This document shows positions 12,570 to 29,198 of a stretch of 64,000 nt of DNA, in pieces. A program made the translations under genes and the position numbers. Source of the DNA: Eledone cirrhosa (taxonomy: Eukaryota). Location: positions 429,474,001 through 429,538,000 of the forward strand of contig OZ024740.1 of assembly GCA_964016885.1 (NCBI GenBank). The letters are read 5' to 3'. The notes beneath the pieces are model-generated. The model did no database searches and was not told the origin of the DNA. It saw only the letters and a list, made by a program, of their open reading frames with translations. The stretch's first letter is position 1. Each line of letters starts with the position of its first letter.

Positions 12570-15500
12570 TATCTACCATACCACTCTTGAGTCTCCCACA
12601 CCTTACCATACCACTCTAGACTACACTACACCCTACCATACCACTATAGACTACACTACACCCTACCATACCACTCTAGACTACACTACACCCTACCATA
12701 CCACTCTAGACTACACTACACCCTACCATACCACTCTAGACTACACTACACCCTACCATACCACTCTAGACTACACTACACCCTACCATACCACTCTAGA
12801 CTACACTACACCCTACCATACCACTCTAGACTACACTACACCCTACCATACCACTCTAGACTACACTACACCCTACCATACCACTATAGACTCTCCTACA
12901 CTACACCCTACCATACCACTCTAGACTACACTACACCCTACCATACCACTATAGACTACACTACACCCTACCATACCACTCTAGACTACACTACACCCTA
13001 CCATACCACTCTAGACTACACTACACCCTACCATACCACTCTAGACTACACTACACCCTACCATACCACTCTAGACTACACTACACCCTACCATACCACT
13101 ATAGACTCTCCTACACTACACCCTACCATACCACTCTAGACTACACTACACCCTACCATACCACTATAGACTCTCCTACACTACACCCTACCATACCACT
13201 CTAGACTACACTACACCCTACCATACCACTATAGACTCTCCTACACTACACCCTACCATACCACTCTAGACTACACTACACCCTACCATACCACTCTAGA
13301 CTACACTACACCCTACCATACCACTCTAGACTACACTACACCCTACCATACCACTCTAGACTACACTACACCCTACCATACCACTATAGACTACACTACA
13401 CCCTACCATACCACTATAGACTCTCCTACACTACACCCTACCATACCACTCTAGACTACACTACACCCTACCATACCACTCTAGACTACACTACACCCTA
13501 CCATACCACTATAGACTCTCCTACACTACACCCTACCATACCACTCTAGACTACACTACACCCTACCATACCACTATAGACTACACTACACCCTACCATA
13601 CCACTCTAGACTACACTACACCCTACCATACCACTCTAGACTACACTACACCCTACCATACCACTCTAGACTACACTACACCCTACCATACCACTCTAGA
13701 CTACACTACACCCTACCATACCACTCTAGACTACACTACACCCTACCATACCACTCTAGACTACACTACACCCTACCATACCACTATAGACTCTCCTACA
13801 CTACACCCTACCATACCACTCTAGACTACACTACACCCTACCATACCACTCTAGACTACACTACACCCTACCATACCACTATAGACTCTCCTACACTACA
13901 CCCTACCATACCACTCTAGACTACACTACACCCTACCATACCACTCTAGACTACACTACACCCTACCATACCACTCTAGACTACACTACACCCTACCATA
14001 CCACTCTAGACTACACTACACCCTACCATACCACTCTAGACTACACTACACCCTACCATACCACTATAGACTCTCCTACACTACACCCTACCATACCACT
14101 CTAGACTACACTACACCCTACCATACCACTATAGACTCTCCTACACTACACCCTACCATACCACTCTAGACTACACTACACCCTACCATACCACTATAGA
14201 CTCTCCTACACTACACCCTACCATACCACTCTAGACTACACTACACCCTACCATACCACTCTAGACTACACTACACCCTACCATACCACTCTAGACTACA
14301 CTACACCCTACCATACCACTATAGACTACACTACACCCTACCATACCACTATAGACTCTCCTACACTACACCCTACCATACCACTCTAGACTACACTACA
14401 CCCTACCATACCACTCTAGACTACACTACACCCTACCATACCACTATAGACTCTCCTACACTACACCCTACCATACCACTCTAGACTACACTACACCCTA
14501 CCATACCACTATAGACTACACTACACCCTACCATACCACTCTAGACTACACTACACCCTACCATACCACTCTAGACTACACTACACCCTACCATACCACT
14601 CTAGACTACACTACACCCTACCATACCACTCTAGACTACACTACACCCTACCATACCACTCTAGACTACACTACACCCTACCATACCACTCTAGACTACA
14701 CTACACCCTACCATACCACTATAGACTCTCCTACACTACACCCTACCATACCACTCTAGACTACACTACACCCTACCATACCACTATAGACTCTCCTACA
14801 CTACACCCTACCATACCACTCTAGACTACACTACACCCTACCATACCACTATAGACTCTCCTACACTACACCCTACCATACCACTCTAGACTACACTACA
14901 CCCTACCATACCACTATAGACTACACTACACCCTACCATACCACTCTAGACTACACTACACCCTACCATACCACTCTAGACTACACTACACCCTACCATA
15001 CCACTATAGACTCTCCTACACTACACCCTACCATACCACTCTAGACTACACTACACCCTACCATACCACTATAGACTCTCCTACACTACACCCTACCATA
15101 CCACTCTAGACTACACTACACCCTACCATACCACTATAGACTCTCCTACACTACACCCTACCATACCACTCTAGACTACACTACACCCTACCATACCACT
15201 ATAGACTCTCCTACACTACACCCTACCATACCACTCTAGACTACACTACACCCTACCATACCACTATAGACTACACTACACCCTACCATACCACTCTAGA
15301 CTACACTACACCCTACCATACCACTCTAGACTACACTACACCCTACCATACCACTATAGACTCTCCTACACTACACCCTACCATACCACTCTAGACTACA
15401 CTACACCCTACCATACCACTATAGACTACACTACACCCTACCATACCACTATAGACTCTCCTACACTACACCCTACCATACCACTCTAGACTACACTACA

Positions 15501-16142
15501 CCCTACCATACCACTATAGACTCTCCTACACTACACCTTACCATACCACTCTAGACTACACTACACCCTACCATACCACTATAGACTACACTACACCCTA
15601 CCATACCACTCTAGACTACACTACACCCTACCATACCACTCTAGACTACACTACACCCTACCATACCACTATAGACTCTCCTACACTACACCCTACCATA
15701 CCACTCTAGACTACACTACACCCTACCATACCACTATAGACTACACTACACCCTACCATACCACTATAGACTCTCCTACACTACACCCTACCATACCACT
15801 CTAGACTACACTACACCCTACCATACCACTATAGACTCTCCTACACTACACCTTACCATACCACTCTAGACTACACTACACCCTACCATACCACTATAGA
15901 CTACACTACACCCTACCATACCACTCTAGACTACACTACACCCTACCATACCACTCTAGACTACACTACACCCTACCATACCACTATAGACTACACTACA
16001 CCCTACCATACCACTATAGACTCTCCTACACTACACCCTACCATACCACTATAGACTCTCCTACACTACACCCTACCATACCACTATAGACTCTCCTACA
16101 CTACACCCTACCATACCACTATAGACTCTCCTACACTACACC
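12570..16142. repeat. 30/35-bp minisatellite array (~110 units)
   Basis: Unit CCCTACCATACCACT(C/A)TAGACTACACTACA plus a 35-bp variant with CTCTC inserted. Confidence 0.97.
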
Positions 16143-16325
16143 CCAGCTCAATATGTCACTTTATTTTATATATTTATTTATACATTAACTTATATATATA
16201 TATATATAAACGGCTTGAGCTCAGCCGTCGGGGTCTTACTTGTTCCTATTACCCACTCTACTACCCCAAGTATTGAGTACTTTGGTGCGTTATGGTCCAC
16301 CTGGTTCCTTACCACATTTCCTTCG

Positions 16326-16459
<134 letters not shown>

Positions 16460-16504
16460 CGTAAAATAAGAAAATTATAAAATTAACTTACTTATTTAAA
16501 TTTC

Positions 16505-16586
16505 ACTCTCAACTAATTAGTTTCTGAAAGGGATTAAACGTACTATCAGAAGAAAGCACGGCGAAGCCTTTCGTCATCAGGGAAGT
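16505..16586 (-). ncRNA. type I hammerhead ribozyme motif
   Basis: Minus strand ACTTCC-CTGATGA-C-GAAAGG...CCTTTC-A-GAAA-CTAATTAG-TT-GAGAGT. Confidence 0.7.
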
Positions 16587-17025
16587 CTATTCTCAGCTAA
16601 GTTTCCAGGCAATACGTGGACACAGGGAACTTATACAAAAATAATTCAGTGGATGGAAAAAGCAAAGCGAGGACTAATTTCAAGCCATTGATAAAATCAC
16701 TGCCTACTGCGTCGGTGGCAAATTCAAAAGAATCAATCACGTGACATCGAGGTCAATCAGTGGATAGTGGTTTGTTAGTAAGACAGCAGCCGTACTGTTA
16801 CCATAGCAGCAGTTTTGGCCATTTTTGCTCGACAAATAATTTTGGAGATAATTATAAAGAATTAGTATATCTAGTAACATATATATACACAGATGCATAC
16901 TTATGTTAGCAAATATATAGGTTTTGTCTTAGTAACTATGTGGTTCAATGCATGGGGTAGCAGAACAATAATATGAGAGACGTAAAATAAGAAAATTATA
17001 AAATTAACTTACTTACTTAAATTTC

Positions 17026-17107
17026 ACTCCCAACTAATTAGTTTCTGAAAGGGATTAAACGTACTATCCGAACAGAGCACGGAGAAGCATTTCGTCATCA
17101 GGGAAGT
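17026..17107 (-). ncRNA. type I hammerhead ribozyme motif
   Basis: Second copy; stem I ACTTCC/GGGAGT fully pairable. Confidence 0.7.
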
Positions 17108-17512
17108 CTATTCTCAGCTAAGTTTCCAGGCAATACGTGGACACAGGGAACTTATACAAAAATAATTCAGTGGATGGAAAAAGCAAAGCGAGGACTAATT
17201 CCAAGCCATTGATAAAATCACTGCCTACTGCGTCGGTGGCAAATTCAAAAGAATCAATCACGTGACATCGAGGTCAATCAGTGGATACTAGTTTGTTAGT
17301 AAGACAGCAGCCGTACTGTTACCATAGCAGCAGTTTTGGCCATTTAGATATACTAATTCTTTATAATTATCTCCAAAATTATTTGTCGAGCAAAAATGGC
17401 CAAAACTGCTGCTATGGTAACAGTACGGCTGCTGTCTTACTAACAAACCACTATCCACTGATTGTCTCTATAAGTCTCTAGCTGTGTCATTCTCGATAAA
17501 AGCACTGGATAT

Positions 17513-17555
17513 GTAATCCTGAAGATTTCTAATAAGAATGAAACGCGTAGGTTAC
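17513..17555 (+). ncRNA. minimal type I hammerhead ribozyme
   Basis: GTAATC-CTGAAGA-T-TTCT-AATA-AGAA-T-GAAA-CGCG-TA-GGTTAC; predicted cleavage after GUA. Confidence 0.85.
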
Positions 17556-17822
17556 TTCCCTTGCTTTTATCGAGAATCTAATTGTAATACGTGACGTATT
17601 CTATTCTATAGCGATTAGGTCTTCAAAATGTTTATTATAAACATACAGAATATTTTCGAATATTCTATGTCTATCTTCACATATATATCGCTATTTCAGA
17701 GCATTTAATCCAATTTCTAATTTCTGCCGGACCGGCAACCGCTCTTTCAAACCAGTTCCTGTACACAGCTAAGTATTCTATAAGTCTCTAGCTGTGTCAT
17801 TCTCGATAAAAGCACTGGATAT

Positions 17823-17865
17823 GTAATCCTGAAGATTTCTAATAAGAATGAAACGCGTAGGTTAC
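17823..17865 (+). ncRNA. minimal type I hammerhead ribozyme
   Basis: Identical to 17513-17555. Confidence 0.85.
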
Positions 17866-18132
17866 TTCCCTTGCTTTTATCGAGAATCTAATTGTAATAC
17901 GTGACGTATTCTATTCTATAGCGATTAGGTCTTCAAAATGTTTATTATAAACATACAGAATATTTTCGAATATTCTATGTCTATCTTCACATATATATCG
18001 CTATTTCAGAGCATTTAATCCAATTTCTAATTTCTGCCGGACCGGCAACCGCTCTTTCAAACCAGTTCCTGTACACAGCTAAGTATTCTATAAGTCTCTA
18101 GCTGTGTCATTCTCGATAAAAGCACTGGATAT

Positions 18133-18175
18133 GTAATCCTGAAGATTTCTAATAAGAATGAAACGCGTAGGTTAC
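18133..18175 (+). ncRNA. minimal type I hammerhead ribozyme
   Basis: Identical to 17513-17555. Confidence 0.85.
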
Positions 18176-18297
18176 TTCCCTTGCTTTTATCGAGAATCTA
18201 ATTGTAATACGTGACGTATTCTATTCTATAGCGATTAGGTCTTCAAAATGTTTATTATAAACATACAGAATATTTTCGAATATTCTATGTCTATCTT

Positions 18298-18368
<71 letters not shown>

Positions 18369-18465
18369 GTGTTAAACAATATTCAATGATTATGTCAAAG
18401 AATGAGGTTTACAGTAGATTGGAAGCACTCTACAAAAAAAATAATTTTCCGGAGTTATTAATAGT

Positions 18466-18960
18466 AAAATATAAATATTAATAAAATAGATGTTCGTTTG
18501 ATCAATTACATTTTATTATACATATTTTGGATGTACAACAGTACGTCCTCATCAGACAGATATAATGATACATTCTTTAATGAATTTATTACGTTTTCGC
18601 ATTTTCTCATAATTAGGGTATATATGTTAAATTTTCTCTTAGGTTAATCACTACCTTGATTAAATATTAACCATTTAACATCTCAGGGTATGTCATGTAT
18701 CATTATATTTTGTCTGGAGCATAGAGTTACCTCCCTGTATGATCTGAGTTCAAATCCCGCCGAGGTTAACTTTGCCTTTCATCCTTCCGGGGTCGATAGA
18801 ATAAAGTACCAGTAATGCATTGGCTAATTGCTGGCCTTGTGCCAAAAGTAGAAACAATTATATTTTGTCTGATGAGGACATACTGTTGTACATCCGAAAT
18901 ATGTATAATAAAATGTAATTGATCAAAAGAACATCTATTTTATTAATATTTATATTTTTA
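18466..18960. mobile_element. non-coding inverted pLTR-like pair with hammerheads, interrupted by a SINE
   Basis: 18466-18573 inverted vs 18695-18716 + 18872-18960; hammerhead 18862-18914 (+) ATTTTGT-CTGATGA-GGA..TCC-GAAA-TATGTA-TA-ATAAAAT; mutated copy at about 18510-18562 (-). Confidence 0.7.
18717..18856 (+). mobile_element. 5'-truncated SINE with 15-bp TSD
   Basis: ATTATATTTTGTCTG at 18702-18716 and 18857-18871. Confidence 0.9.
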
Positions 18961-19015
18961 TATATATATATATAATTGTCGTACTGCCTCTCTGTTCTGT
19001 CCCTGTTCAATTTTT

Positions 19016-19065
<50 letters not shown>

Positions 19066-19069
<4 letters not shown>

Positions 19070-20645
19070 CGTTTCTGAATTTGTTTAGCAAGATTCTTTA
19101 TCTGAAAACGTGTGTTGAAACCTATATTGTTATACTTTGGGAGGGTCATGTTGCCAATAAGAAACACACGTACCAGTTGCTTTCACTTCAATTTATTATA
19201 AATTAAATTTATAAATTTAAGAATTTATAAATTTCCGGTTGATTGGTTGGTTCCACACCCGGACGGTTGTTCATATATTGTCAAAGTTCTTTCGTCACAC
19301 ATTATGTGACCTCTTCAGTGACTGGGGATTCTTTTCTTTGTTTTTGTGCCTCTCCTTTGTTCTGTCCAACGCCATCTTGTTTTTGTGTGTTGTGTTACAT
19401 CCGGGTGTCTGTGTGTGTTTATATTTGTTTATTTATTTGTTTATTTACATGTTACTGGTTGGTTGTTTGTTCTATGTGTGTGTGTTTTTATTTTGTCCTT
19501 AATTGTAAGTTGTGATGTTTCTATTCCATTCATGTTTTCTATTTAATTTTGGTTGGAGTTCATTTATGTGTGTTGCCTCTGTGATTTGTCTAAACATTGC
19601 GTATTTTCTGTGTGTAGATTCTATTTTTATTTCTATGTTCTCTAATTTACCCTTATGTTCTATTTTAGCATGTTGGTGGAGTACAGATGATTCTTTTCTA
19701 TCTTGAAGCTCTCACCAGTGTTCATTTATCCGTTCTCCTATACTACGAACTGTCTCACATATGTACACTATATTCTTATCTCTACATTGTTCTTCAGTAC
19801 ATCTTATGCTATATACTACATTTCTAGTTTTACAGTTAATATGGGGGCTTAGTTTACAGATTATACATGTTTTATCTATACAGGGAAGTCTTTGAAAAGG
19901 GTATGTATTGCTAATAAGTGTTTTTTATGGAGGTAGCTGGTCTTTCTACTATCTTAATATTGAGTTTATGGTTATCTAGGGCCCTTCTAAATTTGTAAGC
20001 TAATTCTCCTCTAGGGGCTGTATTGATGAACAATACACTCTGGTATTTATTGCTATCATACCATGAGTTTATTCTATTAACCTTATTCCTAGTTCTTTCT
20101 ATTCTATTCCAAAATTTGCTCCTATACAAGGGGCAGGTCTCATTTGTATCATTATTTACCATTTTTTACCCATTTGGTTCTGGCGCCTCTATATACTCTG
20201 ATTTTATCTCTCTGATTGTAACCAGGGAACTGGAATAGCAACATCGCAACTTACAATTAAGGACAAAATGAAAACACACACACACATAGAACAAACAACC
20301 AACCAGTAACATGTAAATAAACAAATAAATAAACAAATATAAACACACACAGATATTCGGATGTAACACATGCGCAAACTAAGCACACAACATACACAAA
20401 AACAAGATGGCGTAGGACAGAACAAAGGAGAGGCACAAAAACAAAGAAAAGAATCTCAGTCACTGAAGAGGTCACAGAATGTGTGACAAAAGAATTTTGA
20501 CAATATATGAACAACCGTCCGATTGTGGAACCAACCAACCGAAAATTTATAAATTCTTAAATTTATAAATTTTATTTATAATAAATTGGAGTGAAAGCAA
20601 CTGGTGCGTGTGTTTCTTATTGGCAATATGACCCTCCCAAAACAT

Positions 20646-20652
<7 letters not shown>
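19066..20652 (-). mobile_element. PLE family 1, second copy (degenerate GIY-YIG region, inverted pLTR) in (TA)n
   Basis: 19503-20232 (-) homologous to 3151-3882; 20231-20652 (+) is the inverted 3' end; hammerheads at 19280-19322 (-) and mutated 20459-20501 (+). Confidence 0.9.
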
Positions 20653-20711
<59 letters not shown>

Positions 20712-20917
20712 GTGAGGTTTTTTTTACAAAATGAATAATAACCGAGGTGTCCTACACGAATGAAAGTATAAAGAAAAAAAGATGAAATCGAAAATTCAAC
20801 TGGAGTCTTTTTTTTTTTTAAATATATATATTTATTTGGTTCCTTTACCGGTTTCGCAGTTCTTCTGCTTTTCAAAAGTAGAGTTGAGATGGAGGGTCTG
20901 TGGTTTTTCTCACATCT

Positions 20918-20969
<52 letters not shown>

Positions 20970-20973
20970 TTAG

Positions 20974-21226
20974 AAATAAACCAAGCACTGCTAACTATAT
21001 CATATTTTAATTTACGTACCTTTCACCCTTAGGTACCCTAAGAATTAGAATTACATAAGTTATAGTTACCTTAAGCATGACATTATGTACAAAAAATATA
21101 CCATTCTTTGTACATAATGTCATATTTAAGGCAACTATATCTTATGTAATTCCGAGGAGTCCCAATGTTAAGGGTGAAACACGTGTAAATTAAAATATGA
21201 TATAGTTAGCAGTGTTTGGTTTATTT
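20974..21226. mobile_element. fold-back pLTR-like remnant with hammerhead variant at 21147-21192
   Basis: 20974-21030 inverted vs 21170-21226; TAATT-CCGAGGA-..CCC/GGG..-GAAA-CACGTG-TA-AATTA. Confidence 0.6.
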
Positions 21227-21390
21227 GTCAATGTATTCATTGCTCTACGTGAAATCATAATTGTTCGTATTAGGAATTCCAACTTTTCTATTAAATTGTA
21301 TGTAGCCATCTGTACGTAAAATATCCCGTATCTTTAACTGTATAACTTCTTCACCTATAATTATTTGCTTTCGTATTTGAAATCATATTA

Positions 21391-24515
<3,125 letters not shown>

Positions 24516-24556
24516 AAGAACACAAGAGCGTCTACAACATCAACAGATTTTTATTG

Positions 24557-24601
24557 GCTTACAATGTTTCTTCCTTACGTAACCGTAGGATTCGTCAGAG
24601 C
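24557..24601 (-). ncRNA. hammerhead ribozyme motif
   Basis: Minus strand GCT-CTGACGA-A-TCCTACG-GTTA-CGTAAGGA-A-GAAA-CATTG-TA-AGC, about 45 bp from (TA)n. Confidence 0.65.
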
Positions 24602-24737
24602 TATAAAAGGGGTTTGATTGGTGTTATGGACTCTACCAACCAAATATTCAAGAACAAAAAGTAAAGAGAGTAAAGAGCAAAAGTATGGGACGATAAGTCT
24701 AATTTTGGTGCGGGAGGGTGGGGTGTGGGTCCTTGTT

Positions 24738-24782
<45 letters not shown>

Positions 24783-24783
<1 letters not shown>

Positions 24784-25993
24784 TACCAGAGGTACCCGGC
24801 GTTGCTCAGATATTAAATAACAGTTGTGTATACCATTTATGTCAATACTTCAGTAGTGCTTCGAAAACTATACTTTTACAAAATCATCGGCTTTTTCCAA
24901 AAGGGGGTTCCTGCCTCCAGGGGTCCCCTACCCAATATGTGCCAATTCTGAGAGTTCACATTGATCTGTAGAACAAATGTATCCCATGTGTCAAGTTTTG
25001 TGAAAATCGGTTGCGAACTCCAGAAGTTGTTGCATTGCACTGCAGTGCTTCAGTCGACTCCAAAGAAGTGGTTAAAGTGGTTAAAGGGGTTATCTGCCGG
25101 GGGGGGGGGCCTATAATCAATATCTGGAAAAATGACAGTGCCCATGACCATCCGGAGTACATAAGTAACCTATGTCTTAAGTTTGGTGAAAATACTGTAG
25201 AAATGCATAAGGTTTATACATACACGCGTGCGTTCGTGTGTGTGTGGGGGGGGGGGGTATGTATTTGTGTGTGCGTATGTATGTGTATGTCCGTCGGGGC
25301 ATACGTATGTACTGGCCTAAATCTTCACTATTTACTTTTACTATTTTAATAACCTCTGTCATTTTCGTTTACAATTTTATTTACATCATTCTTAAACACC
25401 GGGGCTGGAAATCATTCTGTTATTTTAAATAGAATATTAGTCTAACGACTCCATTTATACCATAAACTTGGTCTTGTCTTTGCATGAAATTGTTCTTGGC
25501 GCTCCACATAACGACGTATTATCCTCGCTTTTTTCCCGTTCATTGCCAGGGAACGTCTTCACGAACCAAAATATCGTTTTCCTGTTTTCGTTCGGTTGCA
25601 ACGTTTCTCGAAATATTTACTTCTGCCTTCACAGATTGCTCTCAGTTCAATTTAAATGGGAAATTCCTGTTTCATCGATTTTCTCCGTAACCATGGAAGC
25701 TTGTAGCTTGAAAGTCGACCCAACGCCTCCTCGGGTCATTCTGCATAACTGTGTAAATTTTCGCTGCATTCCACCAAGCCGTTTCGACGTTTATCCGACT
25801 ACACCTACATATACAACGTCCGACCACTTCCAATTTATATAGTAGATTTGTTTATATATGAATGACAAAAAGAAAAGTACAAAACTATACATGAATTGTT
25901 TCTACTAAACCTTCAATTTAAGACACAACCTACATATTTGATAGCACTCCAGCTCACACCTTCTTCTTCTTCTTCTTCTTCTTCTTCTTCTTT

Positions 25994-26024
<31 letters not shown>

Positions 26025-26440
26025 CTGGAACATTGGTCTGCGAGCCACCCCCACACAACCCCATGTTCTGAGTCTGATTTTAAACTCCACCGTGATGCAC
26101 GGTGCGTCATGGTGTATCTAACCATTTTTTTAGGTCTTACTACGGCTGCTTTCTTCCAGAGAGAAAGAAAGAGATGGAAAAAGGCAGAGAAGATTCATCC
26201 CCGAAGGAATAATAAAAAATGTTTACACTGCACATTTCATTTTTTCAAAGCTAAAGCTGCCGATCCAAAATAAGTAATTCAACTCCCTGAAAACTTTCAA
26301 ATATATGCTGTTCTAGCATGAATATTATGCTAAGGGGCAGCTGTCCACAAAGTAAGATTTACTTGCATATCCCCGCTCATATAAACACATAAATACATGC
26401 ATACATACATTACAGTTGATATTTTTTTTTATGAAAGCGT

Positions 26441-26485
<45 letters not shown>

Positions 26486-26749
26486 CGAAACATAAGTATG
26501 AAATTGTAAATAAGACAAAAAGTATTAGAACAGGGGGAAATAACTCACCGAACGCGATAGTAAATAGACCGTTTGGGGGCCCCAGGAACCACATTTTTCA
26601 AGTTAGAGATTTGAAACCTCGTCTATTTGCTTCCTTGGCACCTTTTACATAGGTGTGTAAATGTTCATGTCAGTCCGACCACGTCTACTACCATTTAACC
26701 GCGCACATCTGAATTTCAACCACCACCCATCTCACAAATATATATTAGA
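24783..26749 (-). mobile_element. putative composite non-autonomous Helitron
   Basis: Minus-strand 5' TCTAATATATA at 26749, with ~250 bp shared with the neighbouring Helitron; degenerate 3' hairpin end near 24783 (GAGCAACGCCGGGTACCTCTGGTAG). Confidence 0.55.
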
Positions 26750-27621
26750 CTAGCAGTTGAGCCCGGTTGCACCCGGGGCCACTTTTTATTAAGTTAATAA
26801 TTTGAAAAATATTATTGAAAGTTTATTATAAAGAAGCAGTTTCAGGGAAAAAAATAGAAATATGCACTTGGGGCTGGATGGCGTACAATGAGAAATGGAG
26901 CGACATGAAAAGCGTTGTTTATTAACAGCGAAATAGCAATGTCGATGATTTCCAATTTGAAAAATACTACTTACTGTTAGTCGTGGTTAACATGTATTAG
27001 AATTAAAATAAAAACACGCGTCCCTTCTTCGCAATTTAAGGGTTTTATTTCTTTTGATGGAAACCAGTGATCGTACTGCAGAATCGATTTCATAAAACGG
27101 TACTGTGAAAATGAAACGTACTGTAGAAGGCAACAATTTATTAATCTGCATTTTTAAACTTGCATATCATCGACATTGCTATTTCGCTGTTAATAAACAA
27201 CGCTTTTCACGTCGCTCCACTTCTCATGGTACGCCGTCCAGCCCCAAGTGCATATTTCTATTTTTTTTCCTGAAACTGCTTCTTTATAATAAACTTTCAA
27301 TAATATTTTTCAAATTATTGGTACTGTATGTTAACAGCGAAAGAACGTTGATGTGTTTAAAAATTTGTATGAAATTGTAAATAACTCATCCAAGTATTAG
27401 AACAGGGGGAAATAACTCACCGAACGCGATAGTAAATAGACCGTTTTGGGGCCCCAGGGACCACATTTTTCAAGTTAGAGATTTGAAACCTCGTCTATTT
27501 GCTTCCTTGGCACTTTTTACATAGGTGTGTAAATTTTCATGTCAGTCCGACCACGTCTACTACCATTTAACCGCGCACATCTGAATTTCAACCACCACCC
27601 ATTTCACAAATATATATTAGA
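26750..27621 (-). mobile_element. non-autonomous Helitron
   Basis: Minus strand A|TC...CCCGG-GTGCAA-CCGGG hairpin...CTAG; no TSD; internal inverted repeat; near-identical copy at 51694-52514. Confidence 0.85.
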
Positions 27622-27866
27622 TATATATATATAAAGTAATGTGATTTCAAATACGAAAGCAAATAATATATATATATAAGAACAAAGTGGAGGTGTTACA
27701 CAAGAAATGTATTGCTCAATCCTGGTTACAATTGTTTCACAAACAGTTGGCTCATGATCCGGGTTGATGTTCCAGACCAGATTCCTGCCTGTTTCTCAGA
27801 CCAATGTTATCACAACAAATACCACATCGGATCTGTTTTCTACGGATTTACTGAGCCTTCTGCCCC

Positions 27867-27954
<88 letters not shown>

Positions 27955-27978
27955 CTTATTTACTTATTTATTTATTTA

Positions 27979-28130
27979 CGTAGGTCGGCTGAAAAGTTCA
28001 TAGGCTGAATAAAATACTGTTATGGAATGACCAAATAAGGTTTATTTTTTAACATAATCCCTATGTTGAAAAATAAGCCTCAAAGCACACAATGCAGTTA
28101 TTAATAAGAAGAGTTGAAATTAATACAAAA
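27979..28130. mobile_element. mariner-type MITE fragment
   Basis: TA-CGTAGGTCGGCTGAAAAGTTCATAGGCTGA terminus, homologous to 28568-28762. Confidence 0.65.
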
Positions 28131-28567
28131 CGCCAGTCCATCACAGAGTTAAACCCGAAACTATTGCTGGTAATATTTTCAGCTGAGTATACTGGGATAA
28201 CGTGAAATGATGTATTTTGCTCAAGAACACAACACAACACATTCCAGGAACGAACCATCGGCATTATGATCATAAGTCCAACACTCTTACCACATTTAAA
28301 GACGATAGACACTCTATAAATTTGTAGAACATTTTGCTATTTCAAGCAGGTGAAGCGAGCAAGTAGAGGTACACACGTTGGTACACCTGGAGTTCTTCAA
28401 GTTTATTCAACGGTGAGTGTGTAACGTTTTCAGAAAAAGGTAAAATTCCGAAAAGTTGAAGACTTGATTTTCCTCCCAGCGTTCTCACCTGGCTGGTTGC
28501 ACCTTGGAAAGACATGAATATCAAAATATTTCTTTTTCTTGAACACACGCTCTCAATTTGTCTGAAA

Positions 28568-28762
28568 TATAGGGTCGGCTGAAAGGTTCATAGGCTGACC
28601 AAAATACTCTCAATGACCAAATGAGGTTTATTTGTCAACATTGCTCCTGGAAAGAAACAATGCAGTTATTAATAAGAAGAGTTGAAATTAATGCATGCAA
28701 GATTTGCCAACTCTAACATCACTCCTTCATAGTCAGCCTATGAACTTTCCATTTGACCCTCG
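28568..28762. mobile_element. mariner-type MITE
   Basis: TIRs AGGGTCGGCTGAAAGGTTCATAGGCTGAC / GTCAGCCTATGAACTTTCCATTTGACCCTCG followed by TA. Confidence 0.75.
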
Positions 28763-28770
28763 TATTTACG

Positions 28771-29002
<232 letters not shown>

Positions 29003-29132
29003 GCAAAAGTTTTATTTAAAATTGTTGGGTTACAACAAGTAAATATTTTATAACTGATATAAAGCACTCAACAAGTTTTGGAGTAGATATACGATATTAA
29101 ACAAATGGAAACTATATTTATAAAACCATATT

Positions 29133-29198
29133 TATTTCATTATACATATTTCGGGGATACCATATTAAAAATATGGCATGCCTTCTTCAGATAAAATA
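29133..29198 (-). ncRNA. type I hammerhead ribozyme motif
   Basis: Minus strand TATTTTAT-CTGAAGA-AGG-[ATGCCATAT/ATATGGTAT]-CCCC-GAAA-TATGTA-TA-ATGAAATA. Confidence 0.75.

Larger units (their letters stand above)
17467..18301 (+). mobile_element. 310-bp tandem array (2.7 units) with one hammerhead per unit; retrozyme-like or tandem pLTR
   Basis: Units start at 17467, 17777 and 18087 and look identical; no ORF; ends at (CA)/(TA)n. Confidence 0.85.
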
